Shown one piece after another: positions 26,720-36,512 of a stretch of DNA of 64,000 nt (within the stretch, counting starts at the first letter, position 1; every line of letters starts with the position of its first letter). Source of the DNA: Patescibacteria group bacterium (lineage in GTDB: Bacteria > Patescibacteriota > Patescibacteriia > SG8-24); assembly GCA_041667185.1 (NCBI GenBank), contig JBAYFM010000003.1:16962-80961 (forward strand), written 5' to 3'. The notes under the pieces are model-generated. The model saw only the letters and a list, made by a program, of their open reading frames with translations, made no database searches and had not been told where the DNA came from. A program made the position numbers and the translations under genes.

Positions 26720-27220
26720 ATGAATAAGAATATCGCGCTCCTGGTCATGGCCGCGGCTTTGGTGCTCGTGGGAGCCGGGTGCGGCAAGACGACGACGATG
26801 ATTTCCGGCGACCAGGCCGCGTCAAGAGACCAGGTCGTCCGGACCGCCGCTTTTCTGGATCTGAGCAATCAGGGCCTGACCAAGGTGCCGGCCGATGTCT
26901 TCGGTCGGACCGGGTTGGAGGTGCTCGACCTGTCGAATAATCGTCTGACCGGGGCCATTCCCGCGGAGATCAGGCTGCTGCAAAAATTGAAGACGCTGAA
27001 TCTGAGCAACAATGAGATGACCGGCCTACCGGCCGAAGTCGGACAATTGCGCGACCTAGAGGTGCTGGATCTGTCCAATAACCAGTTGACGGGTTTGCCG
27101 AACGAACTCCGCAACCTGTCGAAACTGCGGACCTTGAATCTCGCCGGAAATCCTTATTCCGCGGCTGATCTCGAGTACATCCGGCAAGGCTTGCCGAACG
27201 CCGTGATCATCATCAAGTGA
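26720..27220 (+). CDS. Leucine-rich-repeat lipoprotein
   Basis: MNKNIALLVMAAALVLVGAGC lipobox, then 5-6 LxxLxLxxNxL repeats (LEVLDLSNNRLTGAIP...). Confidence 0.7.
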   Translation: MNKNIALLVMAAALVLVGAGCGKTTTMISGDQAASRDQVVRTAAFLDLSNQGLTKVPADVFGRTGLEVLDLSNNRLTGAIPAEIRLLQKLKTLNLSNNEMTGLPAEVGQLRDLEVLDLSNNQLTGLPNELRNLSKLRTLNLAGNPYSAADLEYIRQGLPNAVIIIK

Positions 27221-27249
27221 AGCGGCGCTGACGAAATGAAATGAAGACT

Positions 27250-27275
27250 CCCCGGGCTGAAACCCCGGGGTTTTC
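27250..27275 (+). terminator. Rho-independent terminator
   Basis: CCCCGGG-ctgaaa-CCCGGGG followed by TTTTC. Confidence 0.6.
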
Positions 27276-27337
27276 GGCGGAGCCGCGTCGTTCGCGAATG
27301 ACATGTTTTGGTGTCAGGCACCAGCGGGGGAAGGGGA

Positions 27338-27366
27338 TAAAAAAACGCCCGCAGAAGTGCGGGCGC
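27338..27366 (-). terminator. Rho-independent terminator for the metzincin gene
   Basis: CGCCCGC-agaagt-GCGGGCG preceded on plus strand by AAAAAAA. Confidence 0.55.
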
Positions 27367-27372
27367 TGGGAG

Positions 27373-28050
27373 TCAGTCGCAGTCGTAGACGAGGCAGAAT
27401 TCATCCAGGTCAGCCTCGGTCAGGTGGGTCTCGAGCACGGCTATGCCCGTGACATACTCGCCGCTGTTCATGATGCCGGGCCGGTTTTCGAAGTGGGCCA
27501 GGCCGATGAAATGTCCCAATTCGTGGAGCACGAGCGGGCGCAGGAACGCGACGCAGTCCGCGTGGAGCCGGTCAGCGCCGTATTCGAGGAGATAGGCCTC
27601 GTAGTCGCCATCCGGCCTTTCCTGGTAGTACGTATCCTCGGCGCAGTACCAAGGCAGCAGAGGTCCGTGGTTGGCGGAGATCAGGACGTCGCCGTAGGTC
27701 CCATAGCCGCGTCCTTCGCCGGTCACCGATTCGAGCTCCAGAAAATCCGGCGTCGTCTCGCTGATGCGGTAGATGACGTGCTGATCGTCCTCCAGATCGT
27801 GAAGGTGGAAAGTGTCCGCGGTCCGGCCGGTGACGACGAGCACTGGTCCGGGCCGGCTCAGTCTTGAGCCGGCCGCCGAATTCCATTCGGCGATCGCTTG
27901 CTCGATGCTCTCGAGTTCCATTCCGGTCCAGGCGTCTTCGATCACGATTTCGAGCGGCAGGTCCCGGCCGCAGGCGGACAGGACGGCCGCGAGCGGCAGG
28001 ATCAGCCGGAGCGCGCTGTTCAATTCAGGTCGAAAACGTAACCGAGCCAT
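27373..28050 (-). CDS. Secreted/lipoprotein zinc metalloprotease, metzincin family (HExxHxxGxxH)
   Basis: Signal/lipobox LAAVLSACG. Active site HELGHFIGLAH. Confidence 0.7.
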   Translation of the reverse strand: MARLRFRPELNSALRLILPLAAVLSACGRDLPLEIVIEDAWTGMELESIEQAIAEWNSAAGSRLSRPGPVLVVTGRTADTFHLHDLEDDQHVIYRISETTPDFLELESVTGEGRGYGTYGDVLISANHGPLLPWYCAEDTYYQERPDGDYEAYLLEYGADRLHADCVAFLRPLVLHELGHFIGLAHFENRPGIMNSGEYVTGIAVLETHLTEADLDEFCLVYDCD

Positions 28051-28553
28051 AGCTGGCCTCCGATCAGTGCGTCTTTGTAGATGGACAGGGCGTAATTGCC
28101 GTAGTAGAGCGGCACAGAGGTCGGATCAGCCAGAAAGGCGCGCCAGTCCACGGAGATGATGTGGCGCCCGCTGATCTTCCATTCGATCCCGCAGCCGATG
28201 GTCAGGTCGAAGAGTCGGTCGATCTTGGGATGATTCACTTTTGCCCAGGGTAGGTTTCCGAACACGCCCAGGTCGAAAGCGTGGACGCGCAATTCTTCGC
28301 CGCGATAGACGTCCAGGAGCAGACCCAGACCGAGTCCGTAGGGCGCGTAGAGATTCGCTTCCAGCGCGAACGGCACGTTCGGGATGTAGCGCACGCGCGC
28401 GGCGAGGAAGGCTCCGCCGTTCATGGCGGCGTAACTGCCGCCAGCGGCGGCCACAGCCCGCTTGTCAAAAAGCGAACTGTTCTCATAAGCTGCCGCCGGA
28501 GCGGTCCAGGCCGTCCCTAAACCCAGTACAACGAGCAGAGTCGAGGTTTTCAT
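28020..28553 (-). CDS. Secreted beta-strand-rich protein (OmpW/beta-barrel-like), hypothetical
   Basis: Likely start at MKTSTLLVVLGLGTAWTAPAAA (signal peptide). Alternating hydrophobic pattern. Overlaps the metzincin start by ~30 nt. Confidence 0.4.
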   Translation of the reverse strand: MKTSTLLVVLGLGTAWTAPAAAYENSSLFDKRAVAAAGGSYAAMNGGAFLAARVRYIPNVPFALEANLYAPYGLGLGLLLDVYRGEELRVHAFDLGVFGNLPWAKVNHPKIDRLFDLTIGCGIEWKISGRHIISVDWRAFLADPTSVPLYYGNYALSIYKDALIGGQLWLGYVFDLN

Positions 28554-28821
28554 GGCACCGTGCCCCCTACCCGCCACCGTACAACGGTTCAACGGATTGT
28601 TAAGGATCATGTCCGCATTCTCTTTACCAGATTTAAGCTCAAAAGTCAATGGTCGACAGCTCGCCATTTCGGGTCGTCAAAACGCCTTTTTATTGTTGGG
28701 TAAGCATCCCTTTTTAATTTTAGTACTCCCTGAAAGCGACCCTACGCCGAGGCTTGGGTGTTCATAGCGGCGATCTCTGCTATATTAATGGGACGATTCC
28801 AGTCATCTCATCTAATATCTT

Positions 28822-29460
28822 ATGCATGACATCATCGAAGCGCTGAACTGGCGCTACGCGACCAAGATCTACGATCCTAAGAAGAAGTTGTCGACTGAAA
28901 AGTTCGAGATACTGCTCGAAGCCTTGCGATTGTCCCCGTCATCGTACGGCCTCCAGCCCTGGAAGTTCGTCGTCGTACGCGATCCGGCCGTCCGGGCTAG
29001 GCTTCGCGTGGCCGGATATGACCAGTCGTCGTTCACGGATGCCTCGCATTTGGTCATCCTGGCGGTCCGCCGCGATCTCGATGGTGCGTACGTCGAGGAA
29101 TACATCCGTTCCATGGCCGTCGCTCGCGGACTCGCGCCCGAAGCCTTGAAGGGTCCACGCAATCAGATACGAGACATCCTACGGGGCCGCTCTCCGGAGT
29201 CGATCCTGGAATGGTCCACCCGCCAGGTCTACGTCGCCCTCGGCGTCCTTCTGACTGCGGCCGGTCATGAACAGATTGACGCGACCCCGCTAGAGGGCTT
29301 CGACGCCAAGAAATTCGACGAGATCCTCGGATTCAAGGAGCTGGACCTCGAGTCGCGGCTCGCGGTCGCTTTGGGCTACCGTTCGCCGGAGGATAAACAC
29401 GCGGCCGAGGCCAAAGTCCGTTTCCCGAAGGAAAAGGTCGTCATCGAGATCAATGGTTGA
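28822..29460 (+). CDS. Nitroreductase-family NAD(P)H oxidoreductase
   Basis: LNWRYATKIYDP N-terminal motif and overall nitroreductase-like profile. Confidence 0.75.
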   Translation: MHDIIEALNWRYATKIYDPKKKLSTEKFEILLEALRLSPSSYGLQPWKFVVVRDPAVRARLRVAGYDQSSFTDASHLVILAVRRDLDGAYVEEYIRSMAVARGLAPEALKGPRNQIRDILRGRSPESILEWSTRQVYVALGVLLTAAGHEQIDATPLEGFDAKKFDEILGFKELDLESRLAVALGYRSPEDKHAAEAKVRFPKEKVVIEING

Positions 29461-29511
29461 AACGGCATATTAAAAAAACCGGCCCAGGAGATGGGCCGAT
29501 CGATCGGTCGG

Positions 29512-29997
29512 TCAGCCGTCGGCGTCGGAGCCGGCGGTTTTGGCCGCCGCAGCGTGGAGCCGATAAAGGCCATAGAGAGCCGCGAGGCCGGCGAGAGTCG
29601 GAAGAGGTGAGTCGAAGCCGAACGAGCACCCGATGGCCGCGCCTTCGAGGAGCAGGGAAGCCAGCACCCAGAGGTAGCCGAGCTTCAGGTCGCTCTTCAT
29701 GATCGGCGCGAAGAAGATCGCGACGATCGCGGCCGAGACCGCCGCCATGATGAGGACGACATCGGTCGTGACGTTGTGGCCGGTGAGGCCGTAAGCGCCG
29801 TTCAGCCAGGCGACGAAGGCTGTGGCCGTGACCGCCCAGAGCTGGGTCGGCTTGGCCGAGATGCCGACGACCGCGAAGATCGGCAGAAGTGCCGCGATGA
29901 GCGCCATGATCGGTCGGGCGCCGCACATGCAGGCGATCGCATACCCGCCGAGCGCGGCGGCGACGGCGAAGCACTGGGTCCGGATCAGTAGTTTCAC
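29512..29997 (-). CDS. Hypothetical multi-TM membrane protein, GTG start coupled (GTGA) to upstream gene
   Basis: Hydrophobic throughout. GTG at 29997 overlaps the TGA of the 29994..30494 gene. Confidence 0.4.
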   Translation of the reverse strand: MKLLIRTQCFAVAAALGGYAIACMCGARPIMALIAALLPIFAVVGISAKPTQLWAVTATAFVAWLNGAYGLTGHNVTTDVVLIMAAVSAAIVAIFFAPIMKSDLKLGYLWVLASLLLEGAAIGCSFGFDSPLPTLAGLAALYGLYRLHAAAAKTAGSDADG

Positions 29998-30494
29998 GGG
30001 TGTTCCTCCCAGGCGTCGATCAGACACTTGGTGGCGACCTCCCATTGCTGGAACGAACAGTTCTTGACGCGCTCCACCCAAGGCCCGAACGTTCCGAAGA
30101 ACTCGGCCAGCCGCAACCGCGCCATGTTGACGCCGAAGTGGGTGGTCAGGAAGCCTCGCTGGGCCACGTAGCCGTCGTGTTCGGTGATCAGATTTTGGCC
30201 CTCGGTTTGAAGATTGCGGGCTTCTTGATCGTAGGCGGCGCATTGTTCCGGGTGGCCGGGTTCGAAGTAGCACCGGTTGGTCTGGTGCGCCTCGACCCGC
30301 TTCAGGAAGTGGTCCCAGCGGATCGTGACGTCGACGATGTTCGATTCGACCACGGCCAGCGCTTGGCCGGTTTGGATCGAGTCCAGGACCACGGCCTTGA
30401 ACTCGTCCATGGTGGTCGGAGCCTGAGCCCGCGCGGGCGCGGCGCCGATGACCGCCAGAGTCAGAGCGAGGATGTAAAGAGCGGTTCGTTTCAT
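29994..30494 (-). CDS. Secreted hypothetical protein (signal peptide)
   Basis: MKRTALYILALTLAVIGAAPARAQA signal peptide, followed by a soluble domain. Confidence 0.45.
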   Translation of the reverse strand: MKRTALYILALTLAVIGAAPARAQAPTTMDEFKAVVLDSIQTGQALAVVESNIVDVTIRWDHFLKRVEAHQTNRCYFEPGHPEQCAAYDQEARNLQTEGQNLITEHDGYVAQRGFLTTHFGVNMARLRLAEFFGTFGPWVERVKNCSFQQWEVATKCLIDAWEEHP

Positions 30495-30700
30495 GCGTTC
30501 CTCCTGTCGGTTGTCTGTATGTTGCCCGATTTTTCGGACAGCCCCCGCATATTAAGGCCGCGACCGCCGGGTGTCAATGTGGGTTGATTCAAGTATTTAG
30601 CGGTCGGTAAAATCCGGCCCAACCAGGCCATATTTTCGTCTGAATCACCCACAGCCGCCAGGGTTGCCGGATCAGGCTGAAACGACTACAATTCCTGCGT

Positions 30701-32167
30701 ATGGCTGAGGGGCGTGTTGCAAAAAATACGGCCTATTTGTTATCTGCTTCCGTCGGGCAGAAGATCTTGGCGTTCATCTATTTCACCATCGTCGCGCGCT
30801 CGGTCGGCGTCGAGGGGACCGGCCGCTATTTCGTCGCCGTCTCCTTCACCACCATCTTTTCGATCTTCGTCGATCTCGGCCTCGCCAACGTCCTCGTCCG
30901 CGAGGTCGCCAAGGTTCCGGAGAACGCCCAGAAACTCCTCGCCAACGTCCTCGGCCTCAAGGCTGTCCTGGGCGTGCTCACGGTCGCGGCGGTCCTCCTG
31001 GTCTCGCGGCTCATCGGCTATCCGGCCGAGACCCGGCTCCTCATCACCGTCGCCGCCGGCGTCATGGTGCTCGACTCGATCCACCTCGTGCTCTACGCGG
31101 TCATGCGCGGCTTCCAGAACCTGCGCTACGAGGCCATCGGCGTCGTGACCGGCCAAGCCGTGATCATCACGACCGGCATCGTCTTCGTCCTACTGAAACT
31201 GCCGCTCGTGTCGCTCGTCATCGCCCTCCTCTGTGGCAGCATCTGGAACGTGGCTTGGGCCGCCTGGATCCTCAACCGGCAGTTCGGCGTGAAGCCGATC
31301 CTGCGCTTCGACGAGGCGGTCATCAGATTCTTCGGGCAGGTCGCTTTGCCTTTTGCGTTCGCCGGCATCTTCTCGCGCGTCTACTCCTACATCGATTCCG
31401 TGATGCTCTCACGCCTCGTTTCCGAGGAAGCGGTCGGCTACTATTCGGTCGGCTACAAGCTCACGTTCGCTTTCCAATTCCTGCCCATGGCTTTCGCCGC
31501 CGCGATCTATCCGGCCATGAGCGAATATTACGTCAAAGATCGCGCCAAACTGGCCGCTGTTTTCATGACCGCCATCAAATATCTGCTGCTCGTGGTCGTG
31601 CCGCTCACGGTCGGTACGTTCGTGCTTGCCGGCCCCATCATCCACCTGGTCTACGGTCCGGCCTATGACAAATCGGTCCTGCCGCTCCAGATCCTCATCT
31701 TCTCGCTCGTCTTCGCTTTCCTGTACTGGCCCTGCGGCTCGCTGCTCAACGCTTGCGACCGCCAGTCCCAGAACACGACGGTCATGGGCGTGACCATGAT
31801 CGGCAACATTATCCTGAACGTCTTCCTGATCCCGCGGTTCGAGGCCGTGGGCGCCGCCTGGTCGGCCCTCATCGGCAACGCCGCCCTCTTCGGCCTGGCG
31901 TTCTATTTCGCCTCGCGCGTCGTGGTCATCGATAAGCAGCGGCTCCTCTCCATCATCGGCCGGATCGCCATCGCCGGCGCCGCCATGGGGATCATCGTCG
32001 AGTTGCTCGATGGCGCGGCGTCCTTGGCGTTCATGGTGCCACTCGGCGCCCTGGTCTACGCCGCCCTGGTCTTCCAGCTCCGCATCATCACCTGGACCGA
32101 AGCGAAGAACATCATGAATCTTTTCCTGCGCCGGGGCAGGGGAGGGGTGTCCGACATCGTCTCATGA
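30701..32167 (+). CDS. Polysaccharide biosynthesis protein / Wzx-like oligosaccharide flippase (MOP superfamily)
   Basis: 12-14 TM protein. The N-terminus KNTAYLLSASVGQKILAFIYFTIVARSVG is typical of the PF01943-like family. Confidence 0.75.
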   Translation: MAEGRVAKNTAYLLSASVGQKILAFIYFTIVARSVGVEGTGRYFVAVSFTTIFSIFVDLGLANVLVREVAKVPENAQKLLANVLGLKAVLGVLTVAAVLLVSRLIGYPAETRLLITVAAGVMVLDSIHLVLYAVMRGFQNLRYEAIGVVTGQAVIITTGIVFVLLKLPLVSLVIALLCGSIWNVAWAAWILNRQFGVKPILRFDEAVIRFFGQVALPFAFAGIFSRVYSYIDSVMLSRLVSEEAVGYYSVGYKLTFAFQFLPMAFAAAIYPAMSEYYVKDRAKLAAVFMTAIKYLLLVVVPLTVGTFVLAGPIIHLVYGPAYDKSVLPLQILIFSLVFAFLYWPCGSLLNACDRQSQNTTVMGVTMIGNIILNVFLIPRFEAVGAAWSALIGNAALFGLAFYFASRVVVIDKQRLLSIIGRIAIAGAAMGIIVELLDGAASLAFMVPLGALVYAALVFQLRIITWTEAKNIMNLFLRRGRGGVSDIVS

Positions 32168-33330
32168 AGCCGCTTCTTTTCGTCACTCTGGAATATCCGC
32201 CGCAGATCGGCGGCATTGCGGTCTATCTGTCGCGGCTCGTGGAGAGTCTGCCGGCCGGTCGGACGCAGGTCATGGCGGACGTTTGTCCCAAGACGCACGA
32301 GACCGATATGCGATGCCAGGCTCCGATCTATCGCCGTCAGCTGTTGCCGGGCTGGATTCGGCCGCGCTGGCTCGGCGCTCTTTATTGGACCGACTGGTTC
32401 TGCCGTAAAGAAGGCCGGCCGGAAGCCATCATCGTGAGCCATCTGCTGCCCATGGGACTCGTCGCCGATCTGATGCGGCGTTTTCGGCGCGTCCCGTACG
32501 CGGTCATCATCCACGGCATGGACGCCGCTTTAGCGCTCGCCGCCCGCGGCTCCAAACGCCGCTCCGCGAGCCGTGTCGTCGCTAATGCCGCGCTCGTGGT
32601 CGCGAACAGCTCGTACACAGCCCGACTTGCCGAGACTTTGGGCGCGGCCAAAAGCAGGATTACCATCGTCCATCCGTGCCCGCAATTCCAGCCCCAGACC
32701 GACGTCGTCGAGTCCCGAGTCGCCGCAATCCGCGTCAAATACGGCTTGAGCAAGGATTTCACCCTGATCTCGGTCGGGCGGCTGGTGAAACGCAAAGGTT
32801 TTGATACGGCAATCAAGGCGGTCGCTGAGCTGAAGCGGTCCGGCCGGCAGGTGCGGTTGGTGATCGTCGGCGACGGTCCGGAAAAACCGACGTTGCAGGC
32901 CTTGAGCGTCGAGCTCGACGCGGCCGACCGGGTGGTCTTCACTGGCATCGTGAGCGACGAGGAACTCGCCGAGCTCTATGCCGCCGCCCACGCTTTCATG
33001 CTGCTGCCGCGAAGCCTCGGGCCGGACATCGAGGGGTTCGGCATCGTCTATCTGGAAGCCAACTTGTTCGGCTTGCCGGCGATCGCGTCCAGGACGGCCG
33101 GCGTGCCTGACGCTGTGCTCGACGGCGAGACTGGCCTGCTCGTGGAGCCTGACGACCATTCCGGAGCCGCTTACGCCGTCGGCCGGCTGATGGACGATCC
33201 CGGACTGCGCCGGCGTCTGGGCGACCGCGGCCGGGCGCGCGTGCGCGAGGAATTCACCTGGGAAAAACAGGCGGCCAAATTTACTCGGGCTCTGGAAACG
33301 GCCCTCGGGACGGCTGACGTTAAACAATGA
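32164..33330 (+). CDS. Glycosyltransferase family 4 (GT-B)
   Basis: EGFGIVYLEANLFGLPAIASRTAGVPDAVLDGETGLLVEP (E-x7-E motif region). Confidence 0.85.
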   Translation: MKPLLFVTLEYPPQIGGIAVYLSRLVESLPAGRTQVMADVCPKTHETDMRCQAPIYRRQLLPGWIRPRWLGALYWTDWFCRKEGRPEAIIVSHLLPMGLVADLMRRFRRVPYAVIIHGMDAALALAARGSKRRSASRVVANAALVVANSSYTARLAETLGAAKSRITIVHPCPQFQPQTDVVESRVAAIRVKYGLSKDFTLISVGRLVKRKGFDTAIKAVAELKRSGRQVRLVIVGDGPEKPTLQALSVELDAADRVVFTGIVSDEELAELYAAAHAFMLLPRSLGPDIEGFGIVYLEANLFGLPAIASRTAGVPDAVLDGETGLLVEPDDHSGAAYAVGRLMDDPGLRRRLGDRGRARVREEFTWEKQAAKFTRALETALGTADVKQ

Positions 33331-33334
33331 TCCT

Positions 33335-34063
33335 ATGACCGAGCTGAAACCGAATACAGCGCGTCCGACCGTCAGTATCGTGATCCCGTCCTATCAGCAC
33401 GGCGGCGAGATCGCCGAGTGCCTGCGGAGCATTCTTGATCAGACATTCAAGGATCACGAGATCATCGTCGTGAACGACGGTTCGACGGACAACACTCTGG
33501 AGGAGCTACGGCCGTTTCTCGACCGGATCCAGCTCATCAATCAGGAGAACCGCGGCGGCAACGCGGCGCGGAATCGCGGCTTCGACGCGTCGGTCGGCGA
33601 CTTCGTGCTGTTCTGCGACGCGGACATCGTCATGCGGCCGGACATGCTCGAAACAATGCTCCGGACCTTGCGCGCGAATCCCGGCGCTTCCTACGTCTAC
33701 TCGTCGTTCCGTTTCGGCTGGAAGGTCTTCCGGCTCTGGTCGTTCGACGCCGCCAAACTGCGGCAGATGAATTACATTCACACGACCTCGCTCTTGCGCC
33801 GCGGACATTTTCCGCGTTTCGACGAGAAGATCCGGCGGCTGCAGGACTGGGATCTGTGGCTCACCATGCTCGAACAGGGCCATGTCGGCGTCTGGATTCC
33901 GGAGATCCTGTTCAAGGCCATCCCGCACCAGGGCGGCATCAGCACCTGGGTGCCGGGTATTTTTTATCGCATACCTTGGCGGAAATTCGGCATCCGCATC
34001 GCGACCGTGGAGAAGTTCCTGGAAGCCGAGCGCATCATGCGGGCCAAACATAAGCTGCCGTAG
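33335..34063 (+). CDS. Glycosyltransferase family 2
   Basis: VSIVIPSYQHGGEIAECLRSILDQTFKDHEIIVVNDGSTDNT. DAD motif. Confidence 0.8.
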   Translation: MTELKPNTARPTVSIVIPSYQHGGEIAECLRSILDQTFKDHEIIVVNDGSTDNTLEELRPFLDRIQLINQENRGGNAARNRGFDASVGDFVLFCDADIVMRPDMLETMLRTLRANPGASYVYSSFRFGWKVFRLWSFDAAKLRQMNYIHTTSLLRRGHFPRFDEKIRRLQDWDLWLTMLEQGHVGVWIPEILFKAIPHQGGISTWVPGIFYRIPWRKFGIRIATVEKFLEAERIMRAKHKLP

Positions 34064-34065
34064 TT

Positions 34066-34923
34066 ATGGATCTGAGCATCGTCATCGTGAACTGGAAGGT
34101 CCGCGATCTGCTCGAGAAGTGCCTGGCTTCGGTTTACCTGGAGACTTCCGGGATCGAGTTCGAGGTCCTGATCGTGGACAACGATTCGCGCGACGGCTCG
34201 GTCGAGATGGTCGCGAAAAAGTTTCCGCAGGCGGATCTCATCGCCAGCAACCGCAATCTCGGTTTCGCGGCCGCCAATAACGAGGCGATCGCCCGCAGCC
34301 GCGGCGAGTTCATCCTGCTTCTGAATCCCGACACGGAGATCCGGGACGGCGCGCTCCAGAAGCTGGTCACCTTCATGCGGCGCGAGCGGCAGGCGGCCAT
34401 CTGCGGCCCAAAACTCGTGAACGCCGACGGCTCGCTTCAGCCTTCGGTCCGGCATTTCCCGACGCTCGGGGTCCAGGCGGCAATCACTTTGAAATTACAT
34501 CGGCTGTGGCCTGGGCTGCCGGGCGTGAAGCGTTATCTGGCCGCGGATTTTGATTATTCCCGGGCGTCGGCCTGCGATCAGGTGATGGGCGCGGCTTTGA
34601 TGTTCCGCCGGTCGCTGCTCGAGGACATCGGTCCGCTCGACGCCGGTTATTTCATCTGGTTCGAGGAAGTGGATTTCTGCAAGACGGCGGCCGAGAGAGG
34701 TCATCAGACCTGGTATACGCCCGAAGCGTCCGTGCTGCATCACGGCGGCGAGAGTTTCGGTCAGCTGCTGGCGCCGCGCAAGCAGCGGATCTTCAACGCG
34801 AGCGGCCGCCGCTATTTCCTGAAACACCACGGGCGTCCGGCTTGGCTGGTCCTGCTCCTGCTGCATCCGCTCTCCATGCTGCTGGCCGTCGCCGGAGCGC
34901 GCGTTGCCGCCAAAAAGTTATGA
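34066..34923 (+). CDS. Glycosyltransferase family 2
   Basis: LSIVIVNWKVRDLLEKCL...VDNDSRDGS...NLGFAAANN. Confidence 0.8.
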   Translation: MDLSIVIVNWKVRDLLEKCLASVYLETSGIEFEVLIVDNDSRDGSVEMVAKKFPQADLIASNRNLGFAAANNEAIARSRGEFILLLNPDTEIRDGALQKLVTFMRRERQAAICGPKLVNADGSLQPSVRHFPTLGVQAAITLKLHRLWPGLPGVKRYLAADFDYSRASACDQVMGAALMFRRSLLEDIGPLDAGYFIWFEEVDFCKTAAERGHQTWYTPEASVLHHGGESFGQLLAPRKQRIFNASGRRYFLKHHGRPAWLVLLLLHPLSMLLAVAGARVAAKKL

Positions 34924-36512
34924 ACGAACGCCTGACCGTCATCCGTCAGACTTTCCGTGCCGCGGTCCCGCTCCTGGTCCTCGCGGAGATCCTGTCGTTC
35001 TGCGGCCTGCTTTTGCCGCCGTTCGCGGACAGCGGTTTCTTCATCATCATCGGTCTCGTCGCTGTCCTGGCCCTGCTGCGCCCAGGCCTGGCTTTCCTGA
35101 TCCTGCTCGCGGAACTATTCATCGGTTCGCAGGGCGGTTATCTTTTTTCGTTCGGCGCCGGTTCCGGGCTGTACGTTTCCTTGCGCATCGGGTTGTTTCT
35201 GGTCGTGTTCGGCGCCTGGCTGGCGCGGACCGTGGCGACGCTCGTGCGGCGGCGCGGCGACCTGAAGTCCCTGGAATGGCTTACGGATATGCGCCGAGCG
35301 GGCTTATTTTGGCCTTATCTCGCGCTTTTAGCCGTCTTCGCGGCGAGCGCCGTGAACGGCATCTTGCGCGGCAATCAGTTCGATGACGTCTTTTTCGATG
35401 CCAACGGTTACGCCTATTTCGCGCTGTTCCCGCTCTTCATCGAGCAGCTGCGCGACCGCGAACTGCCGGCGCGGATCGCGGGTCTCCTGGCGGCGGCCGT
35501 GACGACTTCGATCATCAAAGCCCTGGCGGTGCTGTATTTCTTTTCGCACCGGATCTTTGTCGTCGCTTCGCCGCTCTACACCTGGGTCCGCGACACGCGC
35601 GTGGGCGAGATCACCATCATGACGGGGGACTTCTACCGGATATTTTTCCAGTCGTTCGTCTTTTCGCTCGCGGCGATCTTCGGCCTCCTGCTCTTCGCGG
35701 CGGCGGCCGGCAAAGAGAAAGACAGCGGCCGAACCGAATCCCTGATCCTGGGGGTTTTCGCGGCGACCGGGCTCGTGATGAGTCTGTCGCGCAGTTTTTG
35801 GTTCGGCGGTTTCGTCGCGGTCATCGCGCTGGCCATCCTCCTGGCGCGGCTGCGGCTGCCGACGGCTTTCTGGAAACGCCTTGCGCTGATCTCGGCCGGG
35901 ACCGCGATCGCCGCCGTCGCGCTCATCGTCGCGGTCTACTCGATCCCGTTCCCGCGCAAGGGCGCGGACGTGGCCTGGGCGTCGTTCCTCGGCGGCCGTG
36001 CCTTCTCCGTGAGCGGCGAAGCCGCGGCGAACAGCCGCTGGGTGCTGCTGCCGGAACTCATGAAAGCCGGCCTGCGCCATCCGTTCGCGGGTTCGGGCTT
36101 CGGCACGACCGTCACTTATACGACCAGCGATCCGCGCCTGCTCTCGACCAATCCGACCGGCGCTTACACGACGTTCGCTTTCGAGTGGGGTTACCACGAT
36201 CTCTGGATCAAGTTCGGCCTCTTGGGGCTCGCGGTCTACGGCTGGTGGCTCTGGCGGATCATGCGCTTGCTCGCCGCGCCGCTCGACCGGACGGTCCAGG
36301 AAGCGGTGCCGGATGAAGTGCAACAAAAAACGGCCCTGCTGGCCGTCGCGCTGCTCACTGCCATGGCCGCCATCCTCGCGACCAACGTCTTCAGCCCGTA
36401 TCTGAATCATCCTCTGGGCATCGGCATCCTGATGCTGCTCGCGGGTTTCGGAGCGCAAAATTCCCAGAAGTCCATTTCCGCGGACGCGGAAATCCGGCCG
36501 GAGATCCTCTAG
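34920..36512 (+). CDS. O-antigen ligase / Wzy-like polymerase family membrane protein
   Basis: Start at MNERLTVIRQ (overlaps the preceding stop). ~12 TM segments with a large loop. ORF track opens earlier at 34842. Confidence 0.55.
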   Translation: MNERLTVIRQTFRAAVPLLVLAEILSFCGLLLPPFADSGFFIIIGLVAVLALLRPGLAFLILLAELFIGSQGGYLFSFGAGSGLYVSLRIGLFLVVFGAWLARTVATLVRRRGDLKSLEWLTDMRRAGLFWPYLALLAVFAASAVNGILRGNQFDDVFFDANGYAYFALFPLFIEQLRDRELPARIAGLLAAAVTTSIIKALAVLYFFSHRIFVVASPLYTWVRDTRVGEITIMTGDFYRIFFQSFVFSLAAIFGLLLFAAAAGKEKDSGRTESLILGVFAATGLVMSLSRSFWFGGFVAVIALAILLARLRLPTAFWKRLALISAGTAIAAVALIVAVYSIPFPRKGADVAWASFLGGRAFSVSGEAAANSRWVLLPELMKAGLRHPFAGSGFGTTVTYTTSDPRLLSTNPTGAYTTFAFEWGYHDLWIKFGLLGLAVYGWWLWRIMRLLAAPLDRTVQEAVPDEVQQKTALLAVALLTAMAAILATNVFSPYLNHPLGIGILMLLAGFGAQNSQKSISADAEIRPEIL

